Numbered from the stretch's first letter, positions 1 through 12,935 are shown. The stretch: DNA of 64,000 nucleotides from Octopus bimaculoides (GCF_001194135.2 NC_068985.1:86950156-87014155); one strand, 5' to 3'. Notes: a model not told the origin generated them from the sequence alone. Program-made: numbers and translations.

Positions 1-206
1 ACATTGCTCCAGTTCACTCAGTTGTAAGGGGGTCCACCCTGATATGAATTACCTTCTGTTCAGGGGCAATTCAAAGCACACTGTGACCAGTGGTGTATAA
101 CAACATCTGATAGTCTGGTCAATACTGTGATGACATAACATATGAAACAATTGGTAGCCAGATGAAAACCGACAGCTTTAGTCTTATATATAGAAACAAA
201 ATGCAA

Positions 207-331
<125 letters not shown>

Positions 332-897
332 CTATTACTCATGAGCAAACATGAGTTGGTAGCATGTTCCATGTTTTTTCCTAATTGTTACAAGCAAACA
401 CAGACACACTCTCTCAGTCTTTTCAATGACGAACCAATGTATTGGAAATTGAAACTTGAATTCCAAATATTTACTGACCAAGTTCCAAATGCATACTGAC
501 CTTATTTCAAATCTAATTTCCTCAGTCATCTTAATCCACATTTACTTATTGGGATTGCATTCACAAAGAAGATCGATCTGCATTGAGTAAGACTGCAAAA
601 TTTCTTATATTTTTATTCCCTTTTCATGAATTTAAAATAAAATCAATGGAAGTGATATTGAACATATATTTCTACCAAATGTGGATCAAGAAACTCTTTT
701 GGTTTGGTTCAAGGTAAAATTTCTAACATTAGTTAGGATTATATCAAACAAGATGACCCCAGAATGATAGACTTCATTGATTGATTACTAAAGAATACAA
801 CAAAGTGATCCCTATTAGATCTGAAATGAAAACCCAGAAAAAATGAGTATATATGTTGGTATGTAGGTGCGTATATAAGTATAGATATATGTATATA

Positions 898-911
898 TAT
901 ATATCTATATC

Positions 912-965
<54 letters not shown>

Positions 966-985
966 ACTATCTATCTATCTATCAT

Positions 986-1080
<95 letters not shown>
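898..1080. repeat. (CTAT)n-(AT)n compound microsatellite
   Basis: Directly visible tetranucleotide run followed by a dinucleotide run. Confidence 0.95.
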
Positions 1081-1084
<4 letters not shown>

Positions 1085-2103
1085 TATTTCCACCCAAAAC
1101 AGAGATGAGTAGCAACACTTCCATGTGATGTGTCAGGCTTGAACAATGGTGTAGAGATCTCTTCACATGAAACCCTTCTTGCTTTGTTATATATATGTAT
1201 GTATATACAGCTGTGTGTGTATGATTTTTCTTTGAGCATTATCCAAGTTCTTCTTATGAGAGCTCAAACTGATCGCTAACAAAGTGACAAGATTTGTATG
1301 TACGTATGCATGTATGGATGGATTTCCGTAAGAAGTTGAAGGTATCCAATCAGTGTGCCAGGATTGTATTTTCTTTATTCATCCGAGGGAGAGATAAAAG
1401 TATGCCTTGGAAGAGGTTTCATCTCAGAACATAAATAACTATAACTAAATTCTGCAAGGTTTTTGGCTCAATGCTCAGATATGTCTTTTGATTGATAAGA
1501 TGAAATGGTGAAACAAATAAAGATTTAAAGTGCATGATATTGATCACCAACGCCACCACCACCACCACGATTCCAACCATCACAATCACCCCTACCGCTT
1601 CTGCCTCATATGAAATAAACATATTGTTGCATTGATTGTTGGTGGTAATGGAATCTAAGATAAGCCAAAAGAAAACTAATTCTTGAAAATATAAAATGTC
1701 GTGCTACGAAGCAATTATGAGTCCAAGAAGTATCACAATTAGTTCTTAAAAAAAACCCATTTTCTAATGAGGCAATTAGGAGTTCAACTAATGTCGTGAT
1801 TAACACACCAAAATTAACAACACTTTAAAAAATAAACAAATAACATGAAAGTATGTTCATCTTGTTTTATGGAAATAATTTTTGTTCGTTTTGGTAGATA
1901 AAGATTTTACAGTAAATGTCAACAAAGCTCACCTGCTTGAAAATCGAAGATATTTTGGTTTTCAAACATCAGAAATGTTTCACAAAAGTAGGGAGAACAT
2001 GAGCGATGAAAAGAACATCTACATGGAAGATCAGGGGACTAGAAATGGTACCTAAACTTCATTCAAATCACACACTACTGTCTTAAAAAAAAAACAGGCT
2101 TGT

Positions 2104-2416
2104 TTTTTATTGTTTACTTGTTTCAGTCATTAGACTGTGGCCATGCTAGGGCACCACCTTGAAGAACTTTTTAGTCAAACAGATTGACACCAGTACTTAT
2201 ATTTTTTACTTTTTTTTTAACCTGGTGTTTATTCTATCAGTTTGTTTTGCTGATCCGCTAAGTTACCAGAACATAAAAACACTAACACATGTTGTCAAGC
2301 AGTGGTGGGAGGACAAACACAGACACACACATAGATTTATATATGACGGGCGTCTTTCAGTTTCCGCCTGCTAAGCTAAGCACTGTAGTGGAGGACAAAC
2401 ACAGACACAAAGACAT

Positions 2417-2452
<36 letters not shown>

Positions 2453-2672
2453 ATGCTCACACATATATAATATGTATATTTACATACATGTGTGTATATA
2501 TATTTATATATGACAGGCTTCTTTCAGTTTCCATCTACCATATCCACTCACAAGGCTTTGATCAGCCCAGGGCTAAAGGAAAATACACTTCTCTATGATG
2601 CCATGCTGTGGGGCTGAACCTGGAACTAAGTGGTTGGGAAGCAAATTTCTTACCACACAGCTGTGCCTTTGC
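2104..2672 (-). mobile_element. tRNA-derived SINE family A (internal microsatellite), with internal duplication
   Basis: Reverse complement of the family seen at 11531 and 54530: tRNA-like head, central (CA)/(TA) tract, 3' GACTGAAACAAGTAAA end. The segment GGAGGACAAACACAGACAC...TCTTTCAGTTTCC occurs twice (about 2302-2367 and 2386-2532). Confidence 0.85.
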
Positions 2673-2754
2673 CTTTTGGTTATCAACTTATTTTTTTCTG
2701 TCATATCTGCTGGCCTTGTACCGAAATTAGGAACTATTATTATTATTATCATTT

Positions 2755-2953
2755 TTAAGACTGGTGACGTGGCATTGTGAAAATGTTTTGTGGTATCTTT
2801 TCTGGCTTTTTAGATGCTGAGTTCAATTCCTTTTAGAGACCCTTATGTACCATTTGAGTTACGAGGTCAATGTAATTGGTTCACTCACTCACATCAGAAT
2901 TGCTACCCCTGTGCCTACATTTGTTATTGTTGTTGTTGTCATTGTCATCATCG

Positions 2954-2988
<35 letters not shown>

Positions 2989-3220
2989 ATTACTGGAAGG
3001 ATGGTGGGTTGGTAGACTAGTTAGAGTGCTGGAAAAATTCCTTGGGACATTTGTTCCTGCTCTTTAAATTTTGAGATCAAATCCCACCGAAGCCAACTTC
3101 ACTTTTCTTCCTTTGAAGTTCCACAAACAGTGTACCAGTGACATACTGGGGTAGATTTAATTGGCTGCCCTTCTGTTCCATCGAATGTCCGACCTTGTGC
3201 TTACAAAAGATATTTTCATT
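2755..3220 (+). mobile_element. Two decayed SINE family C copies
   Basis: Each has the GAGTTCAAT(T)CC-like box B and a ...GTACCA... core, and is preceded by a (TTA)n/(TTG)n tract. Homologous to 15806-16030. Confidence 0.6.
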
Positions 3221-3269
3221 ATTTCCAAAATTATTTTTCACATCAGTGAGCAGGCAGGGTCATGAGCAT

Positions 3270-3600
3270 ATCAGAGGTAAAATGCACATGACTTAGAGAT
3301 AAGGGTTTCCAACTCACAAATGTAATGTCATGAGTTCGATTCCTAGCAGCACATTGCGTCCTTGAGCAAGACACTTTACTTCACTTTATTTTTACCAGTC
3401 CATTCAGCTGGCAAAAATGAGTTGCACCTGTAATTCAAAGGGGCCAGCCATGTCACATTCTATGTCATGCTGAGTCTCCATGAGAATGACATTAAGGGTT
3501 ACACATGTCTGTGGAGTACTCAGCCACTTGCACATTAATTTCACGAGCAGGCTGTTCCCTACCAGGGGCTGATGAAATAATAACACCAGCTACCTACTGG
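3270..3600 (+). mobile_element. tRNA-derived SINE family B
   Basis: Box B GAGTTCGATTCC followed by GCGTCCTTGAGCAAGACACTTT core. Related copies or fragments at ~7945-8060, 28420-28640 (-), 29380-29520 (+) and 43780-43960 (-). Confidence 0.75.
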
Positions 3601-4841
3601 GGGTGGTTGATCAATATAATTCACTGTTCACCCGTGTCAATATGCAAAGGGCTAGCAGGGTACTGTAGAACTGAAACTTTAGCCAAAACGTAGGGGTCTC
3701 ATGACAGATGAAGTGCTGCACTAATACACTCCCGTCACATAGATATTATTTATTTGTACTTTGATCTTAGCCAAAAGGCCAAGAAACAAAAGGACTGTGG
3801 TCGACTTTACTTTTCATCTATTCAGGGTTGATAAAAAAAGTACCAGTCATGTACTGGGGTCGATGTAATTGATTGATTCCCGGCCCTGAAATTACTGGCC
3901 TTGTGCCAAATATTGAAGCCAATCTTATTTTTCTACAACACTGTAAATTATTACCAACATGCACATGTATTATATACAGACACATGTAGAGAGACCCCGT
4001 CACACATGCACTCAGACAGAAAATCTTTCTTTAAAAAGAAAAGAGAAACAGCCCTCATTGAAGTGGAATACAAGAATAAAAGGAAAGAAAAGCGGAATTA
4101 CAAACCATTCTGTTTTGTAAAAGAAAGCAAAGTAAAATTACATTTGATAGTAATTTCTTTTACCGGTTGAGTCTCAATTTCCTTTTAGTCGTTCAATGAA
4201 TGTAGTTACATCTTCATTATTTGCTTTATTGAAACCCCTTAAGATGAAAGATAAAGTCAACAGCGAGGGAATCTGAACTCAATGTATATAACAGGGAGAA
4301 GACTTAGAATTAATAATGTGAGGAATTTAGTGAAAAAGCTCCATCAATTCTACCCCCATCCCACACTCTCACCACCACCATCACCATCGGCATCTTCTCT
4401 CTGACACCCTTTCTGTTGAAAAAATATTAATAGGAAGCATGGCTTCTCTCTAAATTCATCAATAATTTACTCGTTATTTCTACCGATTATTGAACCATTG
4501 GGAATCAGTCTGAATGCTATGTCGATATATACATACATACAAATATACAGACGTATATGTATATCTATATATNNNNNNNNNNNNNNNNNNNNNNNNNNNN
4601 NNNNNNNNNNNNNNNNNNNNNNNNNNNNNNNNNNNNNNNNNNNNNNNNNNNNNNNNNNNNNNNNNNNNNNNNNNNNNNNNNNNNNNNNNNNNNNNNNNNN
4701 NNNNNNNNNNNNNNNNNNNNNNNNNNNNNNNNNNNNNNNNNNNNNNNNNNNNNNNNNNNNNNNNNNNNNNNNNNNNNNNNNNNNNNNNNNNNNNNNNNNN
4801 NNNNNNNNNNNNNNNNNNNNNNNNNNNNNNNNNNNNNNNNN

Positions 4842-4877
<36 letters not shown>

Positions 4878-5429
4878 TATATATATATGCAGACACATAT
4901 ATATATACATGCAATACACACACATACATATTTATATATACATATGTATATGTATATATATATCCATAGAAATCATTTCAAAATGAATATTGGTAAACAT
5001 TTCATTTATCATTTGTTTGTTTATATCTTAAGCTTTAGTTATGGTTAATGCATCATTGAGTTGCTTGTCAAGATCTATAGGATGCCTGAACCATAAAATT
5101 AACCACGCTTCAATGATCATTGCTTCACTGGGAAAAAAACCTCTTATCCACCTAACATGAAAAATGGACGTCAGACAGAGAGACTTATCACTATAAGGGA
5201 GACATAAGTGCATACGGACACCAACGGTTTGCATGTATATACAGACTTACTTACATCATACATATATCTATACATCTATGTATATGTGCGTGTGTGTGTG
5301 TATGTTGATGTATATATATTTATATATGCACAAACACATATTATCATATATATACATATATACATATATGCATATGCGTTTATGTACATCTAGATCTATA
5401 TATATACGAATGCATTTATGCACAAACAC

Positions 5430-5462
<33 letters not shown>

Positions 5463-5809
5463 GAGAGAGAGAGAAGGGAGAGAGTATAAATGCACTGCTT
5501 GTTGTAGCAAATAAATTGACTTTACCGAGACACAGAAACCCCCTTGTCTTAAGATAATGGTGAAAGAAAAGAATAAAGCTGTGTGAGGCATTATAATTGC
5601 CACCTGTCATGTAAGGTATCTTTTTTACCTGTTCACTGAAGATTCCCTGTTCACCTGACATATGTGAAAGGGTCAGAATGACCGAATGGACAAGTTATAG
5701 GTCAGTTGGTTAATGCTGAAGTAAAATGGTCGTGTCAGTATAGAATTAAATTACTTACTCATAGTCTATACAATTTCGATTCAATGCCAATATTTAATTG
5801 TGTATTTAG

Positions 5810-5897
5810 GCAGCAGCTCACTTCACATCTACGTGGCTCAGTTTATCGAAATTTCTCTCAAGAAACACTATCAGTTTATTCAAGAAAATTATGTCAG
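5810..5897 (+). CDS. Candidate internal exon (88 nt, phase 1 to 2), xSSSLHIYVAQFIEISLKKHYQFIQENYV
   Basis: TATTTAG acceptor and AG|GTGGGT donor, non-repetitive sequence, joins in frame to 16276-16324. No homologue recognised. Confidence 0.35.
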
Positions 5898-6123
5898 GTG
5901 GGTCCTCGGTCCTATCTTGGGAGGAGTTTATTCCTCATCTGTTTAACACAATAAAACTGCAGTTAAGTGTCAAGTATCCCTTAGAAGTCCATTTCAAAGG
6001 AATTAGATGATTCAGTCGTGTGTGTGTGTGTGATTATATTGTCATATTCTTATTCCAGCATTTGCCTTGTGCTCACTTATATGGAAGAGGAAACTGGCTA
6101 AATGAAAATATAAATAAATACAC

Positions 6124-6349
6124 TTAACCTCTTACCATTTGAACCACTCATATCCGGCCCAAATATTCTACCTGTATTATGCTCAAACTGGTTAGATGCA
6201 CATCTTCTCACACCTACCTTGCAATGTCACACTTCAAATAAATGATTGCCTCTTTGAAATCCCAAAGCTACGAAATAAAAAGCGATTAATTCAAAGCAAT
6301 GTGAATAAATATTATGTTTGACAGGGGAATCTGAAAGGCAAAGGGTCAA
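6124..6349. mobile_element. ~220-bp MITE with piggyBac-like ends
   Basis: TTAA-CCTCTT...AAAGGG-TCAA ends, a decayed form of TTAA-CCCTTT...AAAGGG-TTAA. Homologous second copy at 22772-22996. Confidence 0.7.
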
Positions 6350-6883
6350 GCCATGGAAGTAACTTTATTGTTCCACCTGAGAGTTTATTGAACAAATGGT
6401 TGAATAAACAATCAGGCAAAACTTAAAGCAGCGTTCAAAAGGAATTTTATAATGAATCTGACTCTCGTTTCAAGAAAGATCCTTCCCATAAATAAATGAT
6501 CCGTTGTTATTAAAATGACTTTAAGATAATGAATTTAAATAAAGAGAAACAATTAAATTATCAATTTATAAAGTAATCAGTCTGACATTTTGTAGGACAC
6601 ACATCACTACCATCATCACCACCACCATCACCACCACAACCATCGTTATCATCATCATCACTACCGGTACCAGCACCAGCATCACAACAATCACCACAGC
6701 AATTGTCATCTTCATCATCACCATCATCACTATCATTACCACCACAACCACAACCACCACCACCACCACCTGCACAGGAGCCAGTTAGGCGGCACTAGCA
6801 ATGCCGAAGCTCGAATGTTGTTTTTCACGTGCCACCAGCACATGTGTCAGTAAGGGGATGCTGGCAATGATCACGCTCATAAT

Positions 6884-7323
6884 TTAACATACATGGTAAA
6901 AGCATAAGAGCTATTAATACTTTCTTGCTCTGAAGACATGTGCCTAGGCAACTTTTTATAATACTCCTGTGCATGGTTGATGCCAGTACCGCCTGACTGG
7001 CCCTCATGCTGGTGGCATGTAAAAAGCCCCCACTACACTCTTGGAGTGGTTGGCGCTAGGAAGGGTATCCAGCTGTAGAAATTCTGCCAGATCAGATTGG
7101 AGTCTGGTGTAGCCATCTGGTTCACCAGTCCTCAGTCAAATCGTCCAACCCATGCTAGCATGGAGAGAGGACATTAAACGATGATGATGAGTTTGCATCT
7201 GCAAGCAATCTTTGAGCTCTGAAGATTGCTTGGCGACACATGGTGTACTATAAGACCTGCCTAGACACATGCTTCAGAGCAAGGAACTATTAGTAGCTCT
7301 TATGTTTTTACCGTGTATGTTAA
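6884..7323. mobile_element. MITE with ~80-bp terminal inverted repeats, interrupted by an RTE-tail repeat
   Basis: 6884-6964 is the reverse complement of 7245-7323 (ACATAC[A/T]GGTAAAA..CATAAGAGCT..CTTGCTCTGAAG..). Internal hairpin AAGCAATCTT/AAGATTGCTT at ~7203-7231. Confidence 0.8.
6965..7190 (+). mobile_element. RTE-type 3'-end repeat ending in (GAT)n
   Basis: ...GGTTGGCGCTAGGAAGGGTATCCAGCTGTAGAAA...CCAACCCATGCTAGCATGG...ATTAAACGATGATGATGA. The same tail follows an RTE C-terminus at 26160-26475. Confidence 0.8.
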
Positions 7324-7517
7324 CTGATATTTATTCCTCCCTGTATTGAGTTCTTTTTGTCGATCTTAATTTAATGGAACAGCAAACTATGCACATACAT
7401 ACATACATACATATATATATGTATGTGTGTATGTGTGTATATATGCACGTGTCTGTGCTTGTGAATATATATGTATATTTGTGTGTGTATATGCATGTAT
7501 ATGGATGTATACATATA

Positions 7518-7552
<35 letters not shown>

Positions 7553-8731
7553 GTTTGAGTAATTGCCAATGTAGACCAAAACTAGTTTCCTCATATCGTA
7601 CTATTTACACTAGTGAGCTGTGCAGGTCTCAGAGTTAGCCAATTAATTAGATATCAATCAATACACTTATTGATTTATTAACTATTTTATTGATCTTAAA
7701 GGAATAATAACCAAGTTGTCATGGGAAAAGTGTGAACTTGAAAGCTAAAATGAAGGGAAAAAAATTAAATAAAAATTTGGTTTGAGACTTGTGTCATATC
7801 TGCTGCCTTACTGTTTGTACAAAACGTAAGGGTCTTTGCAGCAAGAAAATCCCTTCAAATCACATCCTTCAGGCTTGAGAAAGAAAGAACACATGCAATA
7901 TGAAGTTCTTTATGCTAAAATTGAAACATATATGAATACTCTGTTCCACTCAGCTGGCAAAAATGGATTGTGTGGGTATTTCATATGGCCAGCCGTGTCA
8001 TGTTCTGTGTCACATTAAAGCATCTGTAAGGACACTCAACTTGCTAGAAATAACAGCAAAGTTTTGCTTATACAGTATTGCTTCATTGTCAAAATACAAA
8101 GGATATGTCATACTATATATTCCTAGATAAGCAACAGTAAAAACAAAATAAACAGGATGGTCACGGCTGGAATGCTTTTGCTCATGGGTCATCTCAGTTA
8201 GAGCTGATCTGTCAACACACAATGACAGCAACAATAACTATGAAAATCTTACGGCCTAGCTATTTGCATCAGTGAGTTTTACCTTTGCTACTGTAGGCTC
8301 TTATAACGAGGTAAACTTAGCCACTGATGGTCAAGTGTTTTGTTGTTGAATACAGGTCAGCACCAACAACTAACCGGATATAAACAATTGAATATTCAGC
8401 TGTTAGTCTGTCATCCCACTGATTTCATTATCAGCCACTCCACTAAATCTCACTATTTTTTTTCCTAATATCACAACTGAAGCATGAAATCTGAGAGGAA
8501 CAACTTTCTACCAGAAAAACCGCATCAAATAAGCTCATGTGTTGCAACAGCTGCAAACTTCTATCGTATTTTTGTTATTTTGGTTTTGTTTCCTGTGGTG
8601 GACTCGCAAAACTGTTTGCTGTGACATCAAATAATCAAGCTCAATACATACACACACACATACATACACACATACATACATAAATACATACATACATGCA
8701 TGCATACAAGCATAAATATATACATACATAC

Positions 8732-9357
8732 ATATGTACATATATAATGAAAAATATTTCAATACAAATGTATTAATACAAATGTATCAATTTCCAGCAA
8801 AAGGTAGCCCTATAAGGGTATATATATATAAATTCATAAGAATGGTACAACAAGGTACCGATATTTGCTGGAGAATAGCAATCGATATAAAAACGACGCT
8901 ATTGTATAGCTTCACTGCGTATATACTGGCAAAAATGCGTGTGTGCAACAAAACATGAAAAACTTGTCTTACCTTAGGAAGAACATCCGAAAATGAACAA
9001 CCCAGATTAAGGATAATGCAATACCTAGGTTTCAGACTTTTCAAATACGTTTCACAACGTAAATCTGATTAGTCTTCATCAGTTGCATTTACCTAGACAA
9101 CATTTCAAATGTTGCTACATCAATGCCAAGTATACTCGCCCGAACGCCAAGCCGTTAACGGAACTGAGAACAGTGAAGAAGTCAACAATGAAAAATATTT
9201 CAATACAAATGTATTAATACAAATGTATCAATTTCCAGCAAAAAGTAACCCTATAAGGGTATATATATATAAATTCATAAGAATGGTACAATGCTATTCT
9301 CCAGCAAATATCGGTACCTTGTTGTACCATTCTTATGAATTTATATGTACATATATA
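8732..9357 (-). mobile_element. Non-autonomous hammerhead-bearing retroelement (retrozyme / Penelope pLTR-derived)
   Basis: 105-bp direct repeats at 8746-8850 and 9187-9291 (2 mismatches). 9292-9346 is the reverse complement of 8826-8880. ATATGTACATATATA occurs at both 8732-8746 and 9343-9357. Contains an intact hammerhead core. Confidence 0.75.
9015..9089 (-). ncRNA. Type I hammerhead ribozyme
   Basis: Minus strand reads AAUGCAA-CUGAUGA-AGACU[aa UCAGA uu UACGUU guga AACGUA UUUGA aa]AGUCU-GAAA-CCUAGG-UA-UUGCAUU. Perfect 7-bp stem I, extended stem II, palindromic stem III and a GUA cleavage triplet. Confidence 0.88.
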
Positions 9358-9446
9358 CATATTTGTATATTATAAATATTTATATACACACACATACATA
9401 TATACACATATATACATATAGACATTTATAAATATATATATATGTA

Positions 9447-9492
<46 letters not shown>

Positions 9493-10192
9493 TATATACA
9501 TATGTGTGTGTATATGTATATATATGTATATGTGTATACGTGTGTATTTATGCACACACATACATAAATACATACATATATATATATAAATAATTTACTC
9601 ACACACATGTATATGTATGTATGTAAGTATGTATATCTAATGCCCCCACCATTGGTATCTTTACTAATTAAGCTGATAGGCATTATCAGAAATTGCAAAA
9701 CAATATTTTTTCACACAAAGTAAGAATTGCAAATTTTACAAAAAAGTTAATTAAACTTTAATCTTACCTCCAAGTTTTTTTCATAACACAACCTCAATAC
9801 TAATATTCTGAAATAAACACTTATATTTTCACCTGCAAGGCACTTCAAATGGCTCAGCAGACTTAATCTTTATTATCAAAGTTTTGGAAAGTGAAACTAG
9901 AGTTTTATAAATATTTTGTCATCACTCTAATTCTATGTAATTCAATTTCCAAACAACATAACCTACACATGTATATTAGGAATTAACATTGCACCTGCCA
10001 CTGAGTAGCTTTAGATTCTTGCTAATCCTTCGGAAGAAATGAAATACTTCGTGCCAAATATATGTTGAATAAGATTCATGTTCTTTGATTGTTGCTTACT
10101 AAATGTTTTCAGCCCTGGTGATGGCCTGGAGTTAATAGTTGCCACTGAGGGTATCAAGCGATGTGTTGTGTGTGAATGTCCGTTGGCAATAA

Positions 10193-10632
10193 TAATCTTT
10201 TCTACTGTAGGCACAAGGCCTGAAATTCAGGAATGGGATTGAGAAGTCGATTACATCGACCCCAGTGCATAACCGGTACTTCTTTAATTGACCTCAAAAG
10301 GATGAAGGGCAAATTTGACCTCGGTGGAATTTGAACTCAGAATTTAGCAACAGATGAAATACCACGAAGCATTTCGTTCAGCATGCTAATGATTCTGCCA
10401 GTTCACCACCTTATCAATAATAATAATAATAAAAATCCTTTCTACAAAAGGTACAATGCCTGAAATTTTGGGGAACGGGGCTCATCAATTAGCTCAACCA
10501 TAGTATGTAACTGGTACTTAATTTATCGAACCTGAAAGGATGAAAGGCAAAGTCGACCTTGGTGGAATTTGAACTCAGAATGTAAGTATTTCATCCATCA
10601 TGTTAATGATTCTGCCAGCTTGCTGCCTTACC

Positions 10633-10700
<68 letters not shown>

Positions 10701-10712
10701 TAATAATAATAA
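10193..10712 (-). mobile_element. Two head-to-tail SINE family C copies separated and flanked by (TAA)n
   Basis: Copies at ~10193-10412 and ~10416-10630 share GGATGAAAGGCAAAGTCGACC...GAATTTGAACTCAGAA; an (AAT)n tract lies at 10633-10712. Confidence 0.88.
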
Positions 10713-11530
10713 GGATTATTAAGAAGTAGGATAGCATTACCTTTAATTCCTTTATATATATATANNNNNNNNNNNNNNNNNNNNNNNNNNNNNNNNNNNN
10801 NNNNNNNNNNNNNNNNNNNNNNNNNNNNNNNNNNNNNNNNNNNNNNNNNNNNNNNNNNNNNNNNNNNNNNNNNNNNNNNNNNNNNNNNNNNNNNNNNNNN
10901 NNNNNNNNNNNNNNNNNNNNNNNNNNNNNNNNNNNNNNNNNNNNNNNNNNNNNNNNNNNNNNNNNNNNNNNNNNNNNNNNNNNNNNNNNNNNNNNNNNNN
11001 NNNNNNNNNNNNNNNNNNNNNNNNNNNNNNNNNNNNNNNNNNNNNNNNNNNNNNNNNNNNNNNNNNNNNNNNNNNNNNNNNNNNNNNNNNNNNNNNNNNN
11101 NNNNNNNNNNNNNNNNNNNNNNNNNNNNNNNNNNNNNNNNNNNNNNNNNNNNNNNNNNNNNNNNNNNNNNNNNNNNNNNNNNNNNNNNNNNNNNNNNNNN
11201 NNNNNNNNNNNNNNNNNNNNNNNNNNNNNNNNNNNNNNNNNNNNNNNNNNNNNNNNNNNNNNNNNNNNNNNNNNNNNNNNNNNNNNNNNNNNNNNNNNNN
11301 NNNNNNNNNNNNNNNNNNNNNNNNNNNNNNNNNNNNNNNNNNNNNNNNNNNNNNNNNNNNNNNNNNNNNNNNNNNNNNNNNNNNNNNNNNNNNNNNNNNN
11401 NNNNNNNNNNNNNNNNNNNNNNNNNNNNNNNNNNNNNNNNNNNNNNNNNNNNNNNNNNNNNNNNNNNNNNNNNNNNNNNNNNNNNNNNNNGGGGATTGTC
11501 TTTTAAAGAAAATAAAATGAAAAAACAATA

Positions 11531-11701
11531 GGCACAGGAATGGCCGAGTGTGGTAAGTAGCTTGCTTACCAACCACATGGTTCTGAGTTCAGTCCCACTG
11601 CGTGGCACCTTGGGCAAGTGTCTTCTAATATAGCCTTGAGCTGACCAAAGCCTTGTGAATGGATTTGGTAGACGGAAACTGAAAGAAGCCCATAGTATAT
11701 A

Positions 11702-11740
<39 letters not shown>

Positions 11741-11935
11741 TTGTGTGTCTGTGTAAACGATACTGGTGTGTTTACATCCCTGTAACTTAGTAGTGGTTCA
11801 GCAAAAGAGATCAATAGAATAAGTACTAGGTTTACAAAGAATAAGTCCTGGGGTCAACTTACTTGACTAAAAGGTGGTACTGCAGCATGGCCACAGTCAA
11901 ATGACTGAAACGAATAAAAGAATAAAAGAATAAAA
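11531..11935 (+). mobile_element. Full-length SINE family A
   Basis: Box A-like TGGCCGAGTGTGG, box B-like GAGTTCAGTCC, central (TG)n tract and (AATAAAAG)n tail. Confidence 0.9.
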
Positions 11936-12689
11936 CTAAAGGCAGAAATGTTTTAGTTTAATACAAACAAATTTTTTAATCAAAAAATATTAACTTAAAT
12001 TTTTAAAAAATTGCAATAAAAACAAAAGAAATATAGAAATACAAATGAACACACATAATTTAGGAATTTATTTAGCAAATTCTAATTTCAGGTGCAATAG
12101 TTTCAGTTTTTTTTTTATTTCTTGTTCTGTACTTTGCTGGGTTTAATTGCTGCTTTTTCTGTACTTTTCTATGTTCAATTCTTAAAAATAGTCTTGGAGA
12201 ATGCGCCTACATTTTTCACCCATGTTCACCTTTTTTGTAGGCAACTCTTCTATTATTATAATTAAATATATTAAACTGTGTAATTAAAAAAAAATGATAC
12301 TATTATAAATATTTTTTGAATACAGATTTTGTTCAAACTTAGACATTTATTTTGTCTGCTCCTAAAATTAACAAAGGATTGCATTCTAATTAAATGGTTA
12401 ATAATGAGTTATTTTAATGTTTTAAATATGTACGTGTTTTAATGTATAAACAAAATGATAAAAATAAAAACAAAATCACAGAAATTCATAGCTTCTTTCA
12501 TGCTTAACATTTTTAGACATTGATTTTTTTTCAAAATATTTGTCTCAATGAAATCTTTCATTTGAGCTCATATATTATTACTTTGTTCTTAAAAAGATAG
12601 AAATATTTTGGTTCCTTAAAATTATCACCTGTTTTTCATCACTTAAACCACACATTTTTGTATCTCAAGTAACAGGTGAATGTGCTTCC

Positions 12690-12935
12690 CAATGCCAAAG
12701 TGCACTGGGTACTTTCCATGTGGCACTAGTATCAGCAAGGTCTGTTTTGGCATGGCTTTTATGGCTGGATGCCCTTTGTAATGCCAACCACTTTACAGAG
12801 TGGACTGGCTGTTTTTAACGAGGCACCAGCACTGGTGAGGTCAGCTTTGACAGTTTTTAGTGCAAGATTCCCTTCAAAATTCCAACCACTTTACAATATG
12901 GACTGAATACTTTTTACATGACACCAGCACCTGTG
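12690..12935 (-). mobile_element. RTE-tail repeat with reiterated ~90-bp module
   Basis: About three degenerate copies of CCAACCACTTTACAGAGTGGACTGG...TTTTAYGTGGCACCAGCAC. Confidence 0.6.
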
